Shown piece after piece: positions 30,783 to 41,908 of a stretch of 64,000 bases of DNA. The stretch is from Candidatus Hydrogenedentota bacterium. Its GTDB lineage: Bacteria > Hydrogenedentota > Hydrogenedentia > Hydrogenedentales > SLHB01. Location: contig CAVUWV010000031.1 of assembly GCA_963745075.1 (NCBI GenBank), positions 283,209 to 347,208 on the forward strand, written 5' to 3'. Made by a program: the position numbers and the translations under genes. Under the pieces are notes generated by a model that was not told the origin of the DNA, ran no database searches, and saw only the letters and a list, made by a program, of their open reading frames with translations. Position 1 is the first letter of the stretch; every line of letters begins with the position of its first letter.

Positions 30783-32279
30783 ATGGAATACGGAGCGTCT
30801 GCGGGGAGGCGTTTGAGTGTTCGAAACACGATTTTGTTCGCAGTAATCGGCACGCTGGTGATCGTCTTTGGCGCAGCCGCACTACGGATCAACCTACGAA
30901 CGCGATCGATGAACCTTGCGCAGACGGAGGATTCCGCTGCGCTTCTCGCCGGCACGGTGGCGGATGCCGTGTCCGCGTACGGCCAGTCCGGCGACATGGT
31001 GGGTCTGGAGCAGTTTCTGCAAGGGATGCGCGAGCGTGCGGGGTTCAGCGAACTACGCGTGGTACGCGCGCCAACGACGGTTGCCGACTTCGGAGAACGC
31101 GAAAACTCCGACAAACCGGACCCGCTCGAAGCGAAGGCGATCGAGTCGGGCCTCGCAGCCGACATCCCCAACGACGAGAATCACACCGTGCGGTACGTCA
31201 TTCCCTCCGTCGCCCGCGAGTTGTGCATGAATTGTCACGCAGCCGCGAAGGAAGGCGACGTGCTTGGCGTGTGCAGTGTGACGGTCAGCACGGCCAAGAG
31301 CGCGGCCACGATCAGAAGTTTGAACTGGGAAATCTCGCTGATATTTCTTTTCGCACTCTTGCTGGAGAGTGCTCTCATCGCGTATCTCGTAAATCGTTCC
31401 GCAATTCGCCCGCTCAGGAACATCGCTGCGCAACTCCGCGATGACGCCGCGAATGTGCTCGGCGCATCATCGGATATTTTGCAGGCATCGCAGAACATCG
31501 CCGAGGCATCCAGCTCGCAGGCGGCGAGCCTCGAAGAATCCTCGGCCTCGCTGGAGGAAATGGCCGCGCAAATCACGGAAGGCGCATCCAACGCCGCCGA
31601 AGCCGACGCGGCTGCCCGGCAAGCGTCCGAAGCCGCGGAAAAAGGGCGCGAGACGATGGACCGGATGTCCACTGCGATCGGCCGCATCAAGTCCACGTCC
31701 GACGAGACGGTAAAAATCGTTAAGACGATCGACGAAATCGCCTTCCAAACCAACTTGCTTGCGCTCAATGCCGCGGTTGAGGCGGCCCGCGCGGGCGAGG
31801 CAGGCAAAGGGTTCGCCGTCGTTGCGGAGGAGGTCCGGAATCTTGCGCACCGCAGTGCGACTGCCGCCAGGGAATCCGGAACGCTGCTCACCGAATCCCA
31901 GGAAACGGCCGAGACGGGCGTGGCCGTTACGAAGGAGATGGCCGGCATCCTTGCCCAGATCGCGGAATCCGTCCAGCGGATTACCACGCTGATTTCCGTT
32001 GTTTCTACGGCGTCGCGCGAACAGTCGGGCGGGATCCAACAGATTACGCTCGCTGTCGAACAAATGAACCAGGCCATGCAGCAGGGAGCCCATAATTCGG
32101 AAAGCGCGGCCCAAGCCAGCGGCACTTTGACGGAGCAGGCGGCCGGTCTCGATGAGCTGGTCAACCAGCTTACGGGCCTGATTCAGGGAACCCGAAAGTT
32201 CACCAATCACTTCCCCTCTGAGGAGCCATTGGACGCGTCGGGGAGCGAACCGCAACACCCTTTGCTTCCAGGTAGTTAG
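30783..32279 (+). CDS. Methyl-accepting chemotaxis protein with periplasmic c-type heme sensor domain
   Basis: Two TM helices flanking a domain containing CMNCH; signalling hairpin [37 protein letters not shown]. Confidence 0.92.
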   Translation: MEYGASAGRRLSVRNTILFAVIGTLVIVFGAAALRINLRTRSMNLAQTEDSAALLAGTVADAVSAYGQSGDMVGLEQFLQGMRERAGFSELRVVRAPTTVADFGERENSDKPDPLEAKAIESGLAADIPNDENHTVRYVIPSVARELCMNCHAAAKEGDVLGVCSVTVSTAKSAATIRSLNWEISLIFLFALLLESALIAYLVNRSAIRPLRNIAAQLRDDAANVLGASSDILQASQNIAEASSSQAASLEESSASLEEMAAQITEGASNAAEADAAARQASEAAEKGRETMDRMSTAIGRIKSTSDETVKIVKTIDEIAFQTNLLALNAAVEAARAGEAGKGFAVVAEEVRNLAHRSATAARESGTLLTESQETAETGVAVTKEMAGILAQIAESVQRITTLISVVSTASREQSGGIQQITLAVEQMNQAMQQGAHNSESAAQASGTLTEQAAGLDELVNQLTGLIQGTRKFTNHFPSEEPLDASGSEPQHPLLPGS

Positions 32280-32325
32280 ACCATTCGAGTGCGGCATGCC
32301 CAGAGCGGGTGTCAACCCTGCGCAT

Positions 32326-32389
32326 TACTAATTCGTTAGTAGCAATTGACAAGAAGGCCCGATTGTTTTATGCTACTAATAAATTAGTA
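32326..32389 (+). promoter_or_regulatory. sigma70 promoter flanked by two palindromic BlaI-type operators
   Basis: TTGACA (32346-32351)-N17-TATGCT (32369-32374); palindromes TACTAATTCGTTAGTA (32326-32341) and TACTAATAAATTAGTA (32374-32389). Confidence 0.82.
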
Positions 32390-32434
32390 AGTTTCTAGGC
32401 GCTCGACCGCGCAGGTCTATGGGGAGGTGCACTC

Positions 32435-32824
32435 ATGCCGCGACCCGCTTCACGTTATCCCACCGATTTGGAACTGGAAATCCTCAAGGTCCTGTGGCAA
32501 CGCGGTCCTTCCACGGTGCGGCAAGTTCGCGACGCGCTCGCGGAGGAACGGGACCTCGCGTACACCTCGGTCATGACGGTCATGTCTATCATGGCCGAAA
32601 AGGGCTACGTCCGCCGGCGCAAGGCGAAGGGAAGCTATGTGTACCGGCCCGTGCTCGAACAGCAGTCGGCCGCGCGGGCGATGCTGTCGGACGTCGTCAA
32701 CCGCGTCTTTGACGGGTCGGCGGCGGCGGCGGCGGTGCACCTGCTGGAATCGGCGCAGATTGACGAATCCGAATTGCAGGAACTTCAGCGATTGCTGGAG
32801 CGCAAGGGGGAGGCCAACTCATGA
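32435..32824 (+). CDS. BlaI/MecI/CopY family transcriptional repressor
   Basis: PTDLELEILKVLW..GPSTVRQV..LAYTSVMTVM..KGYV..VFDGS. Confidence 0.93.
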   Translation: MPRPASRYPTDLELEILKVLWQRGPSTVRQVRDALAEERDLAYTSVMTVMSIMAEKGYVRRRKAKGSYVYRPVLEQQSAARAMLSDVVNRVFDGSAAAAAVHLLESAQIDESELQELQRLLERKGEANS

Positions 32825-35800
32825 ATGCCATCTTTCAATTCGACCCCGAGTTCAGTGCGCGTTTTGTGCTGACGCTCGCGCATTTTCTCTGGCAAGGTGC
32901 GGTTATCGGACTCGCCGTGCTGCTACTGGGTCTCGTCTTGCGGCGGGCTTCATCGCGAGTGCGGTACGCAATCTTGGTGATGGCGCTATTTACTATGGCG
33001 CTGTGCCCGCTGGTGACGTATTCCGTAATTGAGCCGGGGACTTTCGTGAGTGAACTTGCGTCGGCATCCGCCGCTCAATCCTTTGACTTCGGCGAGCCGG
33101 ATACTGCAAATCAGGCGCTGCAGCCGGATGAGACGTATGGGACCTATGAGACATATGGGACGGATCCGGCCGATCGGACCGATCCGTCCGATTCTTGGCC
33201 GTTGCCGAACGCAGAAAGGCCCACGCAAAAAGCCACCACGATAGCCGCGCCCCAGACCCTCCCGGATTGGCGCGTCTACACCCCCTACTTGACCCTCGCC
33301 TACATCGTGGGCGTCTTGCTCATGCTCGCACGCCTGACCTTGGGCTTGGCGGGCGGTGGACGGCTGCGTAAGCGGGCCGAACGAATCACGGACAGCGCAA
33401 TTCTGGAAGCGGTGCGGCGGCATGCGGAGCAGTTGCGGCTTCACGCGGTCCCGGTGGTCGCGTATTGCCAACGTGTCGCCGTGCCGACGGTGGTCGGCAT
33501 CGTCCGCCCTATGATCCTTTTGCCCACGTCGCTGGCAACGGGGATGCCGCCGCAACAGGTCGAGCTGTTGCTGCTCCACGAACTCGCGCACATCCGGCGC
33601 TACGATCATGTGTTAAACATCCTGCAACGGCTCATCGAGGCCGCGCTGTTCTTCCATCCCGCCGTGTGGTACGTGTCGCACCGCATCCGCGTGGAGCGCG
33701 AACACTGCTGCGACGACCTCGTGATTGCGCTGGGCGGCGAGCGCCGTGCCTACGCGGAATCCCTGGTGGCCGCCGCAGCCCTGGCTTCGGGCGACATCGC
33801 TGTCCCCCGCCGCGCTCGCGGCCACGGGGAAGCCGTCGCAACTGCGCCGCCGCATCCACCGGCTCCTGGGCGAACCTTCGCCGCCCGTCCGTCTTGTGCG
33901 CGGCGGCTGGGTGTTGACTGCGCTGGTCGCGATAGCCCTTATCGCGGGGGCCACGCAATTCGTGTCGCCGACGCCTCCTTCAGAGACCGCAACTACGGAA
34001 GTTGCGTCGTCGCTGACCGTCGAGCCGATCTCTACTGCGGAAGAACCGGTACCCGAGTCGAACGTTCAAGTGGCGGATACGGCGGACTCGCAAGATCAAG
34101 CGGTCACGACTTCTGAAGACGCATCCGCTGATACCCAGGCTGAAGCTGCTGCCGATTGTGCCGGACGTTTCAGATCTCTCTCCTGAAGATAGGCAACGGA
34201 AGCTCGACGAACTCGGAGCACAACTGACACGACCCGGATTGGTGGTTGCGCAAAGTAGCCGTTCAACAAATCGGAGACTTTCCCCATGGGATCAGGACGC
34301 CATCGTCAATCTGCTCATCGCGAGGTTGAACGACAAGGATCCCCGCGTCCAGGCCGCTGCCGCCGACGCCCTCGCCAAACAAGGCGACCCGAAATCCATC
34401 AAACACCTCGTCGCGGCGCTGAAAAACGAGTCCGAGGTCCGTGAAGCCGCCGCCGAAGCGCTCACCACTTCAAACCGGAGGAGGTCATGCCGCTGCTGAC
34501 GCTGGCGGCGCAGTGATGAAGATGAGTCGGTATGTCAAGGCGCGATCGTCGGTCTCGGGAAGCAGAACACGCCGCAGGCCGCAACAGTGCTGGAGGAACT
34601 GATCCCAAGATCCTACGGAGAGTCGCCCGTGCGCCAGACGCCAACACTACGTCAAATCCGCACTAACACGACTCTTGTGCCCGCACCGATGAGGCTCGGC
34701 CGGATCGGGGCGGAGTTGGCGAATGCTTTTGGGAGCATGAATCCCGACATCGCCCGCGCCGCGATCGAGCGCGCCTGCGCCTCCGGAGACTGGAAGACAC
34801 AAACACAGGCCGCCCTCGTTATCGGTCAATCCGGACTTGAGAGCGATGCGGACGTCCAGCAATTCCTGATGACACTCCTGCAAAACGACCAAAAGGATGT
34901 CCGCGCCGCCGCCGCGCAGGTGCTCGAAACCGTAGTGGAATCAAAGACAAAGGAAGGTGAGCGCCCGGATACGAGAATCCTGGACTCTTTCGTACCGCTA
35001 CTGCGCGATTCAAACCGTGAAATCGCGGCGCTCGCGGCTGACGCGCTAAGCAAAGGCGGATGGCAACCGCCAACAAGCGAGGAGAAGGCGTGGTTTCTCG
35101 TCGCTGCGGGAAAAGGCGATGAAGCTGCGACGTTCGGGCCGGTCGCGTTCGAGCCGCTGGTCCACGCCCTCAATGCGGACGCAACGCCGGCTTTCACCAG
35201 CCGCGGTAACGAAGCGAAAGCACCCGAGGATATCATTCAATCGCTGGCTAAATTGGACGATCCACGGAAGATTGACCCACTGGTTGCGGCGTTAGATCGC
35301 CACGATCCCAGGACCATCGAGAACCTGACGTACTGGCTCGGTGACATCGGAAATCCGAAAGCCGTCGAACCGCTTATCAGCCTGCTGGGCGACCTCAACG
35401 CGGATACGCGGTACCAAGCCGTAGAGGCTTTGGGCAAGCTGAAAGACCCGCGCGCCGTCGAGCCCCTCATACAATTGTTGAGCGATCCTGTGCCAAATAT
35501 ACGGAATGAAGTTGTGAATGCCCTCGGTGAAATCGGTGATCCTCGCGCCGCCGAGGCTCTCCGACCCTTCTTGGACAGCGAAGATAACAGTCTCAACACA
35601 ACTGCAGTAGTCGTTGCGCTGGGAAAGCTACACGACGCCGAAAGTGCACCGAAGATCGCCGCGATATACCGCGACATAAATCCTACGCTGGATAAACCAA
35701 GCTCCTACGCCGAGGCTCTTGTTTCGATTGGCGGTCCCGTGGTTGAAGACACGTTCATTGACATGCTTTCCCATGACGTCAACATCGTGAAGCGTGTGCA

Positions 35801-37290
35801 GGCGGCGGAGGCGTTGGGTCGGTTGGGTAGCGCGAAGGCAATTCAACCGCTCCAGGACGCGCTACTCTTCGATACGGAAGGCAGCGTGAAATTTGCTTCT
35901 TGTAAGGCCCTGGGGCAAATCGGTGGTGAGGAAGCCGCCCGCGTGTTGAGCGATGTCGTGAATGGCCAGAGTCAAACGTACCTCAATCACGTCTCCGACA
36001 TTGCAGCGGCATTGAGCAACATCGACAATGCGATTTCGTCGGATGCACTGGCGCAGATCTTCAAGGATTTCGCCAACATACTCGGCGGTGGTTTCAGCCA
36101 GGTACAGTTTCTCGCGGCAAAAACTCTGGCTGAACGTGGCGACCCGCGTGGTAAGCCGATGCTCGAGGAACTCCGCGGAATCCCGGAATCCCGCATCGAC
36201 GCTACCAACGCGTTGCAGGAGTTGGAGCGGCAAGCCAATCCGGGACCCGAAGGCGGGGTCTCAAACACCGCCGATCGGTCGGCGGCCCCCGCGCAGAAAA
36301 CCTCCCAACTCGCCGGCCCGCGCCTCCAACTCCGCTGGGTAGTCAGAGGCGACGACGCCAAGGGCAAGACCGTCCTCCCCGCGCCGACGGAATCCGACCC
36401 GAACCGGACGCTCGCGGTCGGCGATGACATCGTTCTATCCGAAGCGGACATGGCGAAGGCGACGGTGAAGCAGGAGGAACAGGGGACCTACAGCATCGTG
36501 CTTCAGACCACGGATGAAGGCGCGGCAAAACTGGAAGCCGCCACGAAGGAATACATCGGTAAAACCTTGGCCATTGTTTTCGACGGGCAAGTCATCCTCG
36601 CCCCCAAGGTGCAAAGCAGCATCGGGAAATCGGTTTCCATCACGGGCCAATTCACCCGGGAGCAGGCGGAGGCAATTGCCCGCGCGATTCACCCGAGCGA
36701 TTCAGGTGAAGCACAACAAAGCGCCCGTCTCTACGGCCCGAGACTCCAGCTCCGCTGGGTCGTCGAAGGCGACGATGCCAAGGGGAAGTTGATCCTCCCG
36801 GCGCCGACCGACTCGGAGCCGGACCGGACGCTCGCCGTGGGTGACGACGTTGTTTTGTACGAAGGCGGCATTGTCACCGCGGGGGTCCAGAAGGAGCCGG
36901 ATTCGGACCGGTATGCCATCCGGTTTGTTACGAACGAGCAGTGGGCCAAGCGGCTCCACGACGCCACGGAGGAAAACCAGGGCAAACGACTCGCCATCAT
37001 CTTCGACGGCCGTATCGTGAGTACGCCGGTCGTGCGGGACCCCTTCGGCGAGACCGGCATGATAACCGGTGAACTTTTCCCAGGAAGAAGCCGATGCGAT
37101 TGCGAAAGCCATCGTGGGCAAAGAGGGACGAGGCAAGGATGAACCGCTTCCGGAACGATTTCTATATGATGCGGAAAGAAACTTTGGCCCAGCAGTCCGT
37201 AGAGAGCGGCTGAATATCCATGACCCCGACGCGGCGAAACCTGAGGTGTTACCGGAACCGTTTGTCGACGACATCGGATACGTGCGTTGA
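32821..37290 (+). CDS. BlaR1-like peptidase M56 sensor fused to HEAT/PBS-lyase repeats and two SecDF P1-head-like domains (frameshifts near ~33810, ~34158, ~34470-34520, ~37077)
   Basis: HFLWQG, PTVVGIVRPMILLP, HELAHIRRYD (HExxH), FFHPAVW, EREHCCD; repeats of type A.EALG.L.D.RAVEPLI.LL.D; duplicated PRLQLRWVV...LAI(V/I)FDG....P.V domain; ATGA coupling to blaI-like gene. Confidence 0.8.
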
Positions 37291-37319
37291 GAGGGAAGGT
37301 GTTTCTAAGAATGGCTTTT

Positions 37320-37418
37320 CCGCACTTTCAGCGCTCGAACATGTGCGGGTACTCCGATACCCAGGGCGGCGCTTCGCTCTGCCCTGGGCTATCTTGTGAC
37401 GGACTTTCAGTCCGTGGG
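37320..37418. repeat. REP-like palindromic element
   Basis: CCCAGGGCGGCGCTTCGCTCTGCCCTGGG hairpin flanked by (GC/GG)ACTTTCAG(CG/TC)C hairpins, in the gap between convergent genes. Confidence 0.55.
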
Positions 37419-37553
37419 ATCCGAACAGAGTCGGCGCTGTGGACCCCACTAAACCTGTGTGTTTCGCTCATTCGAAATTGAGTCGTTCAGATCTGTCCGG
37501 ACTTCGTGCTACGAAATTCGGATTTGCCTTAGCCGTGTGCACGCGTCGTCGTC

Positions 37554-38027
37554 TCAGCAGAAATCCCGGCTTTGCCGCCGGATGGAGCGGAAGAACTCGG
37601 TCAGCATCGCGCCGCACTCTTCGGCGAGGAGTCCCGGATAGACCTTGGGTTGGTGGTTGAACCGCGGGTCTTCGAGCAAGTTCATGAGCGAGCCACAGGT
37701 CCCGGCCTTGGGGTCGTAGGCCCCGAAATACACCTCGGGCACCCGCGCCATGATGATAGCGCCCGAACACATGGGGCACGGCTCCAGCGTCACGTATAGT
37801 TTCGTCTCCTCCAAACGCCAGCTTCCGAGCTTGTTGGCGGCCTGGGTGATGGCGAGGATCTCCGCGTGGGCCGTGGGATCCTGCAACAGCTCGCGCTGGT
37901 TGTGGGCCTTGCCGATGATGTGCCCCTCGTACATGATGACACACCCCACCGGCACCTCACCCTCTTCCTGGGCCCGCTGGGCCTCGCGGATGGCGTATTG
38001 CATGTATCGTACGTTGTCGTCCAGCAT
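37554..38027 (-). CDS. tadA: tRNA-specific adenosine deaminase
   Basis: GEVPVGCV, DPTAHAEILA, WRL, LYVTLEPCPMCSGA, GAYDPKAG, FNH. Confidence 0.95.
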   Translation of the reverse strand: MLDDNVRYMQYAIREAQRAQEEGEVPVGCVIMYEGHIIGKAHNQRELLQDPTAHAEILAITQAANKLGSWRLEETKLYVTLEPCPMCSGAIIMARVPEVYFGAYDPKAGTCGSLMNLLEDPRFNHQPKVYPGLLAEECGAMLTEFFRSIRRQSRDFC

Positions 38028-38078
38028 AGGCCGCGATTCTGGGCGATGGCCACGGGGAAGTCAACTGTTGGTTGATAT

Positions 38079-38143
38079 ATAGCGCAGGCGTCACGCGTGC
38101 GAGGTCTGCGGCACGCAACGAGCAGGCGGGACGCCTGCGCTAC
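38079..38143. repeat. REP doublet (GTAG-type inverted pair)
   Basis: ATAGCGCAGGCGTCACGCGTGC and its near-inverse GCAGGCGGGACGCCTGCGCTAC. Confidence 0.6.
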
Positions 38144-38189
38144 ATTCGTGCTATGATTTGCTCGCGAAAACTAAACCGGCGGAGTCCTT

Positions 38190-38642
38190 ATGAAAACCAT
38201 CCTCGCGGCAATCGATTTCTCCGATGCGACGGAACGCGTGACTTCCGTTGCGACAGAACTGACCAAAGCCTTGGGCGGGGTCCTGCACCTGCTGCACGTG
38301 GAACCGCCGGACCCCGAGTTTGTGGGATACGATCCCGGGCCGCAGCATGTACGTGATCAAGTTGCGCGGTCCATGGCTGAGGATCGGCATGGGCTCGTCC
38401 ACCTGCGCGATACTTTGCGGTCGAAAGGAATCGAGGTCCACGCGTTGGCCGTGCAAGGTCCCACGGTGCAGAAGATCGTGGAAGAGGCCAAACGGCTCGG
38501 GGCGGACCTTATCGTGGCCGGTACGCACGGGCACGGCGCGCTGCACGACCTCGTGCTGGGCAGCGTCAGCGACGGCCTGGTCCGAAAAGCGCCGTGCCCC
38601 GTCCTGGTTGTGCCGCGTACGCTCGACGATCCTGCGAAATGA
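38190..38642 (+). CDS. Universal stress protein (UspA family)
   Basis: ILAAIDFS, LLHVE, ADLIVAGTHG, LGSVS..LVRKAPCPVLVVP. Confidence 0.93.
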   Translation: MKTILAAIDFSDATERVTSVATELTKALGGVLHLLHVEPPDPEFVGYDPGPQHVRDQVARSMAEDRHGLVHLRDTLRSKGIEVHALAVQGPTVQKIVEEAKRLGADLIVAGTHGHGALHDLVLGSVSDGLVRKAPCPVLVVPRTLDDPAK

Positions 38643-38706
38643 TCCTGCCTTCCCCGCTGTTCTCCTTGTCAGTGCATGCGGTCATGTTTAACCCCAAGGG
38701 GAGCCG

Positions 38707-39114
38707 ATGATGACAAACAAGATCGACAAGACGGACGCGGAATGGAAAGCGGATCTGACGCCCGAACAGTACCAAGTGTTGCGGCAACAGGGCACGGAAC
38801 GGGCCTTCACCGGCGCCTATCACGACAGCAAGACGCCCGGCGTCTACGTCTGCGCGGGGTGCGGTCAGGAGCTATTTCGTTCCGACACGAAGTTCGACAG
38901 CGGCACGGGCTGGCCGAGTTTCTGGCAACCGTCGGACGAGGCGGCCGTCGAAACCGATACCGATCGCTCCCTCGGCAGGGTCCGTACGGAGGTCCATTGC
39001 AGCCGCTGCGGGGGGCACCTCGGCCACGTGTTCGAGGACGGACCGAACCCCACCGGATTGCGCTACTGCATCAACTCGGTGTCCCTCGATCTGAAACCCG
39101 AGGACGGATCCTAA
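38707..39114 (+). CDS. msrB: Peptide-methionine (R)-S-oxide reductase
   Basis: [12 protein letters not shown] and CSRC zinc ligands, [27 protein letters not shown]. Confidence 0.96.
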   Translation: MMTNKIDKTDAEWKADLTPEQYQVLRQQGTERAFTGAYHDSKTPGVYVCAGCGQELFRSDTKFDSGTGWPSFWQPSDEAAVETDTDRSLGRVRTEVHCSRCGGHLGHVFEDGPNPTGLRYCINSVSLDLKPEDGS

Positions 39115-39208
39115 CGCGGCGCCTGAGCGTACCTGTCCGTGTTGGTCCGTGTGCCTCTGTCCGTGCTATGCTTCGACGCATCGAGGACCCCGAAATAGAA
39201 GCATCGCC

Positions 39209-39463
39209 ATGGCCAAACTTACGCTCGATCTGCACGACGTTTACAACAAGAAGCACTCCATCGAAGCGGAATTGAACCGCGTCATCCAGGAGGCGATGGA
39301 CAAGCGCATCGCCGTCGTCGAAATCATTCCGGGCAAGGGCAGCGGGCAGTTGAAAAAGACGGTCCTGCGCTTTCTCCAACGGCCGGATATCAAACGCCTG
39401 TACCACCGGGTGGAGAAAGACAGCAAGAATTTCGGGCGGTTGTTCGTTCATTTCCGTCACTAA
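39209..39463 (+). CDS. Stand-alone Smr-domain protein
   Basis: LDLHDV..VEIIPGKGSGQLKK..NFG; 84 aa. Confidence 0.85.
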   Translation: MAKLTLDLHDVYNKKHSIEAELNRVIQEAMDKRIAVVEIIPGKGSGQLKKTVLRFLQRPDIKRLYHRVEKDSKNFGRLFVHFRH

Positions 39464-39516
39464 GTGCAACTCGCCACGATTGGGATGTATTCTTGGAACG
39501 GTGGCGGAATCCGAAG

Positions 39517-39901
39517 AACATCCCCCTTGATCCCCCTTCAAAGGGGGAACGGTCGCAACGCATCGCGTTGCGATGAAGGCAGGCGTCAAGGTAGATTCGA
39601 AGCCGTTCACAAAGGGCGTACCGACGAACAGTCTTGCGGGAAGCTCCCCCCTTTGAAGACGGAACCGACAAAAGTCGACGCTTCGATTTGTGCACAGGAA
39701 GAGGAATGCGAAACGAACCGAGAACCTGCACAACTCCGAGGGATACGGCTTGGCCGCTCCCCCTTCAAAGGGGGAAGCTTCACACAACGCTTTGCGTTGT
39801 GACAGGACGGGCAAGGACGTTGAACGTGGGCCAGAACGACTGTCCCGGCCGAGTAATTGCTTGGGTCATTCCCCCTTTGAAGGGGGATAAAAGGGGATGT
39901 T
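39517..39901. repeat. Cluster of four REP/MITE-like units (CCCCCTTCAAAGGGGG family) in alternating orientation
   Basis: Units at 39517-39549, 39641-39658, 39758-39780 and 39869-39901; the first 33 nt are identical to 59248-59280. Confidence 0.85.
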
Positions 39902-39988
39902 GCATCAGGAATCGGCACGATCGGCGGTGTACCTGATGGTGCGAGTTGTACCACGGGTAATGAAACGAAAAGAGCAAGAGGCATCCCC

Positions 39989-40699
39989 ATGCGCATCAAA
40001 GGCAAACGAGTCGTCCTCTCCTCCGTTACGGTAATTGCGTTGGTGTGCGGTCTCGCCGTGTTGGCGATTCGCTGCCAGTCCCACGGACCCATGCCACAAG
40101 GTCAGCCCACCGCGGCCCCCATCGGCCCGGATTGGGTCAACTTGCTGGATGCGGAACACGCCGGCGACTGGAAGAACGTTACCGACGACTCGAACATTTT
40201 CGGCATCACCGACGGGGTCCTGCACATTTACGGCCGGACGATCTACCCGTTGCGTTACGTGGCGTACACCCCGGAGAATTTCGGCGACTTCGATTTGCAC
40301 GTCGAATTCAAGCTGCCGCGCCGTGCCAACAGCGGGATATTCCTCCGCGCGAATCCGGACGACCCGGTGGCGCGGGGGTTCGAGGTGCAAGTCCTGGGCG
40401 ATCACGGCAAGCTGCCAACCAAGAACAGTTGCGGCGCGATCTACGACGTGGTAACGCCCATGTTTAGCATGTCGCGGCCCGCAGGCGAATGGAACAGCTA
40501 CGACATCTCGGTCCGGGGTAAACAGGTCGAAGTGGTCATGAACGGCTGGAAGATCATCGACACGGATTTTTCGCTCATGACCGAGCCCATCGGGAAATTC
40601 AAGATCGCGTACAACGATCTTCCGCTCGAAGGCCTGATCGTCCTCCAGGACCACGGAGGCGAAGTCTGGTACCGGAACCTCTCCGTCCGCAAGCGATAA
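39989..40699 (+). CDS. DUF1080 (3-keto-disaccharide hydrolase-like) secreted protein
   Basis: FGDFDLHVEF, NSGIFLR, FEVQVL, GAIYD, GEWN, G.IVLQDHGGEVWYRN. Confidence 0.88.
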   Translation: MRIKGKRVVLSSVTVIALVCGLAVLAIRCQSHGPMPQGQPTAAPIGPDWVNLLDAEHAGDWKNVTDDSNIFGITDGVLHIYGRTIYPLRYVAYTPENFGDFDLHVEFKLPRRANSGIFLRANPDDPVARGFEVQVLGDHGKLPTKNSCGAIYDVVTPMFSMSRPAGEWNSYDISVRGKQVEVVMNGWKIIDTDFSLMTEPIGKFKIAYNDLPLEGLIVLQDHGGEVWYRNLSVRKR

Positions 40700-40703
40700 A
40701 GAG

Positions 40704-41612
40704 TTACTCTTCGTCCCTTGTAAGCCAGAACCGCATGGTCTTCGACACGATATCCGCCGCATCGTGATGGACCCAATGCCCGGCCCCCGGCACGGTGACC
40801 AAAGTCAAGTCCTTTTCCAGCCATTCCCAAGTACGATTCAGCATGGCGTGGCTCAAGGCCCGATCCTCCAAACCGTGAAACATCAACACGGGCAACGTCA
40901 CCTTGACCACCGGCGACGTGTTTTCCCGGTAGGGCTCGTACGGATAGTTCATCTTGTAGTACGCTAGCATGGCTTCGAAATCGGACTGCCGGAAGGCTTC
41001 CAAGTAACGCGCCTTGACGGTGTCATGCTCGTTTGGTGCGACCAGGGCAACCAGGGCTTCCGCCGTCAACATGGACGCGGCGTCCGGCCTCTGGAAGTCG
41101 CGGGCGTACTGGCTGTTTTTCTGCTGGTCCTCGTTGTGGGCCAACTCCCGCATGAACCCCCGGGGATGGGGCAGATTACAGATGACCAGCCGCTCGGTCA
41201 TCTCGGGATGGGCCATCGCAAACATCCACGCGATCGCACCGCCCCAGTCGTGTCCGACGATGGTGGCTTTGGACTGCCCGAAATGTCGAATCACGGCTTC
41301 CACATCGGCAACAAGGTGCGGTGCTGCGTACTGTTCGACGCCCTCCGGTTTGTCGCTCTGGTTGTACCCCCGCAAATCGATGGCGACGACGTGAAACCGG
41401 TCCGCCACGGCGGCCATCTGGTGGCGCCAACTGTACCAGAAGTCGGGAAACCCGTGAATCATAGCCACCAGTGGCCCGTCGCCAAGAGACACATAGTGAA
41501 TGCGCACGCCGTTGTTTTCAGCATAGCCGTGGGTTGCGCGGTCAAAAACGTCGTCCGAACCATTTGCATCCGTCAAACTGAAACAGGAAGTGAGTGCAGC
41601 AAACATGGCCAT
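40704..41612 (-). CDS. Alpha/beta hydrolase, epoxide hydrolase-like
   Basis: [27 protein letters not shown] (Asp nucleophile), GHWVH. Confidence 0.88.
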   Translation of the reverse strand: MAMFAALTSCFSLTDANGSDDVFDRATHGYAENNGVRIHYVSLGDGPLVAMIHGFPDFWYSWRHQMAAVADRFHVVAIDLRGYNQSDKPEGVEQYAAPHLVADVEAVIRHFGQSKATIVGHDWGGAIAWMFAMAHPEMTERLVICNLPHPRGFMRELAHNEDQQKNSQYARDFQRPDAASMLTAEALVALVAPNEHDTVKARYLEAFRQSDFEAMLAYYKMNYPYEPYRENTSPVVKVTLPVLMFHGLEDRALSHAMLNRTWEWLEKDLTLVTVPGAGHWVHHDAADIVSKTMRFWLTRDEE

Positions 41613-41908
41613 GAGGAATCTCCCGGAGGTAGGTTTCGTTTAGAGAAGTACCAGTATAACGGAATGACCTGCCGCCCAGGTTCGCAGTTTGCGCAGTTCG
41701 CCGTGACGCGGTACGTGTCTTGAACCGATTTTGGGCGCAACGTACAATGCCTGTGTGGCCGTACCTGCCGTACACTCGCCACGGCGCCGGGCGTCCGTCA
41801 CGGCCCTATTGTCACGGCGCGGATTCGCAGAGGTCGATCGCGGTGGTCTGCGTTCTTCCTTGTGAGTGACTGCGCTCCAATCAGGCCCAAGCCAAAAGAG
41901 GAGTCTGG

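Noticed and set aside
32435..34116. Beta-lactam resistance (bla/mec) locus
   Set aside because: No beta-lactamase, PBP2a or penicillin-binding sensor domain is present.
39464..39980. Short ORFs (e.g. 39464-39802, 39607-40092) and a possible CRISPR-like array
   Set aside because: The ORFs are translations of the palindromic repeats (PLQRG / PPLKG peptides). The units alternate in orientation with irregular spacing and there are no cas genes, so this is not CRISPR.
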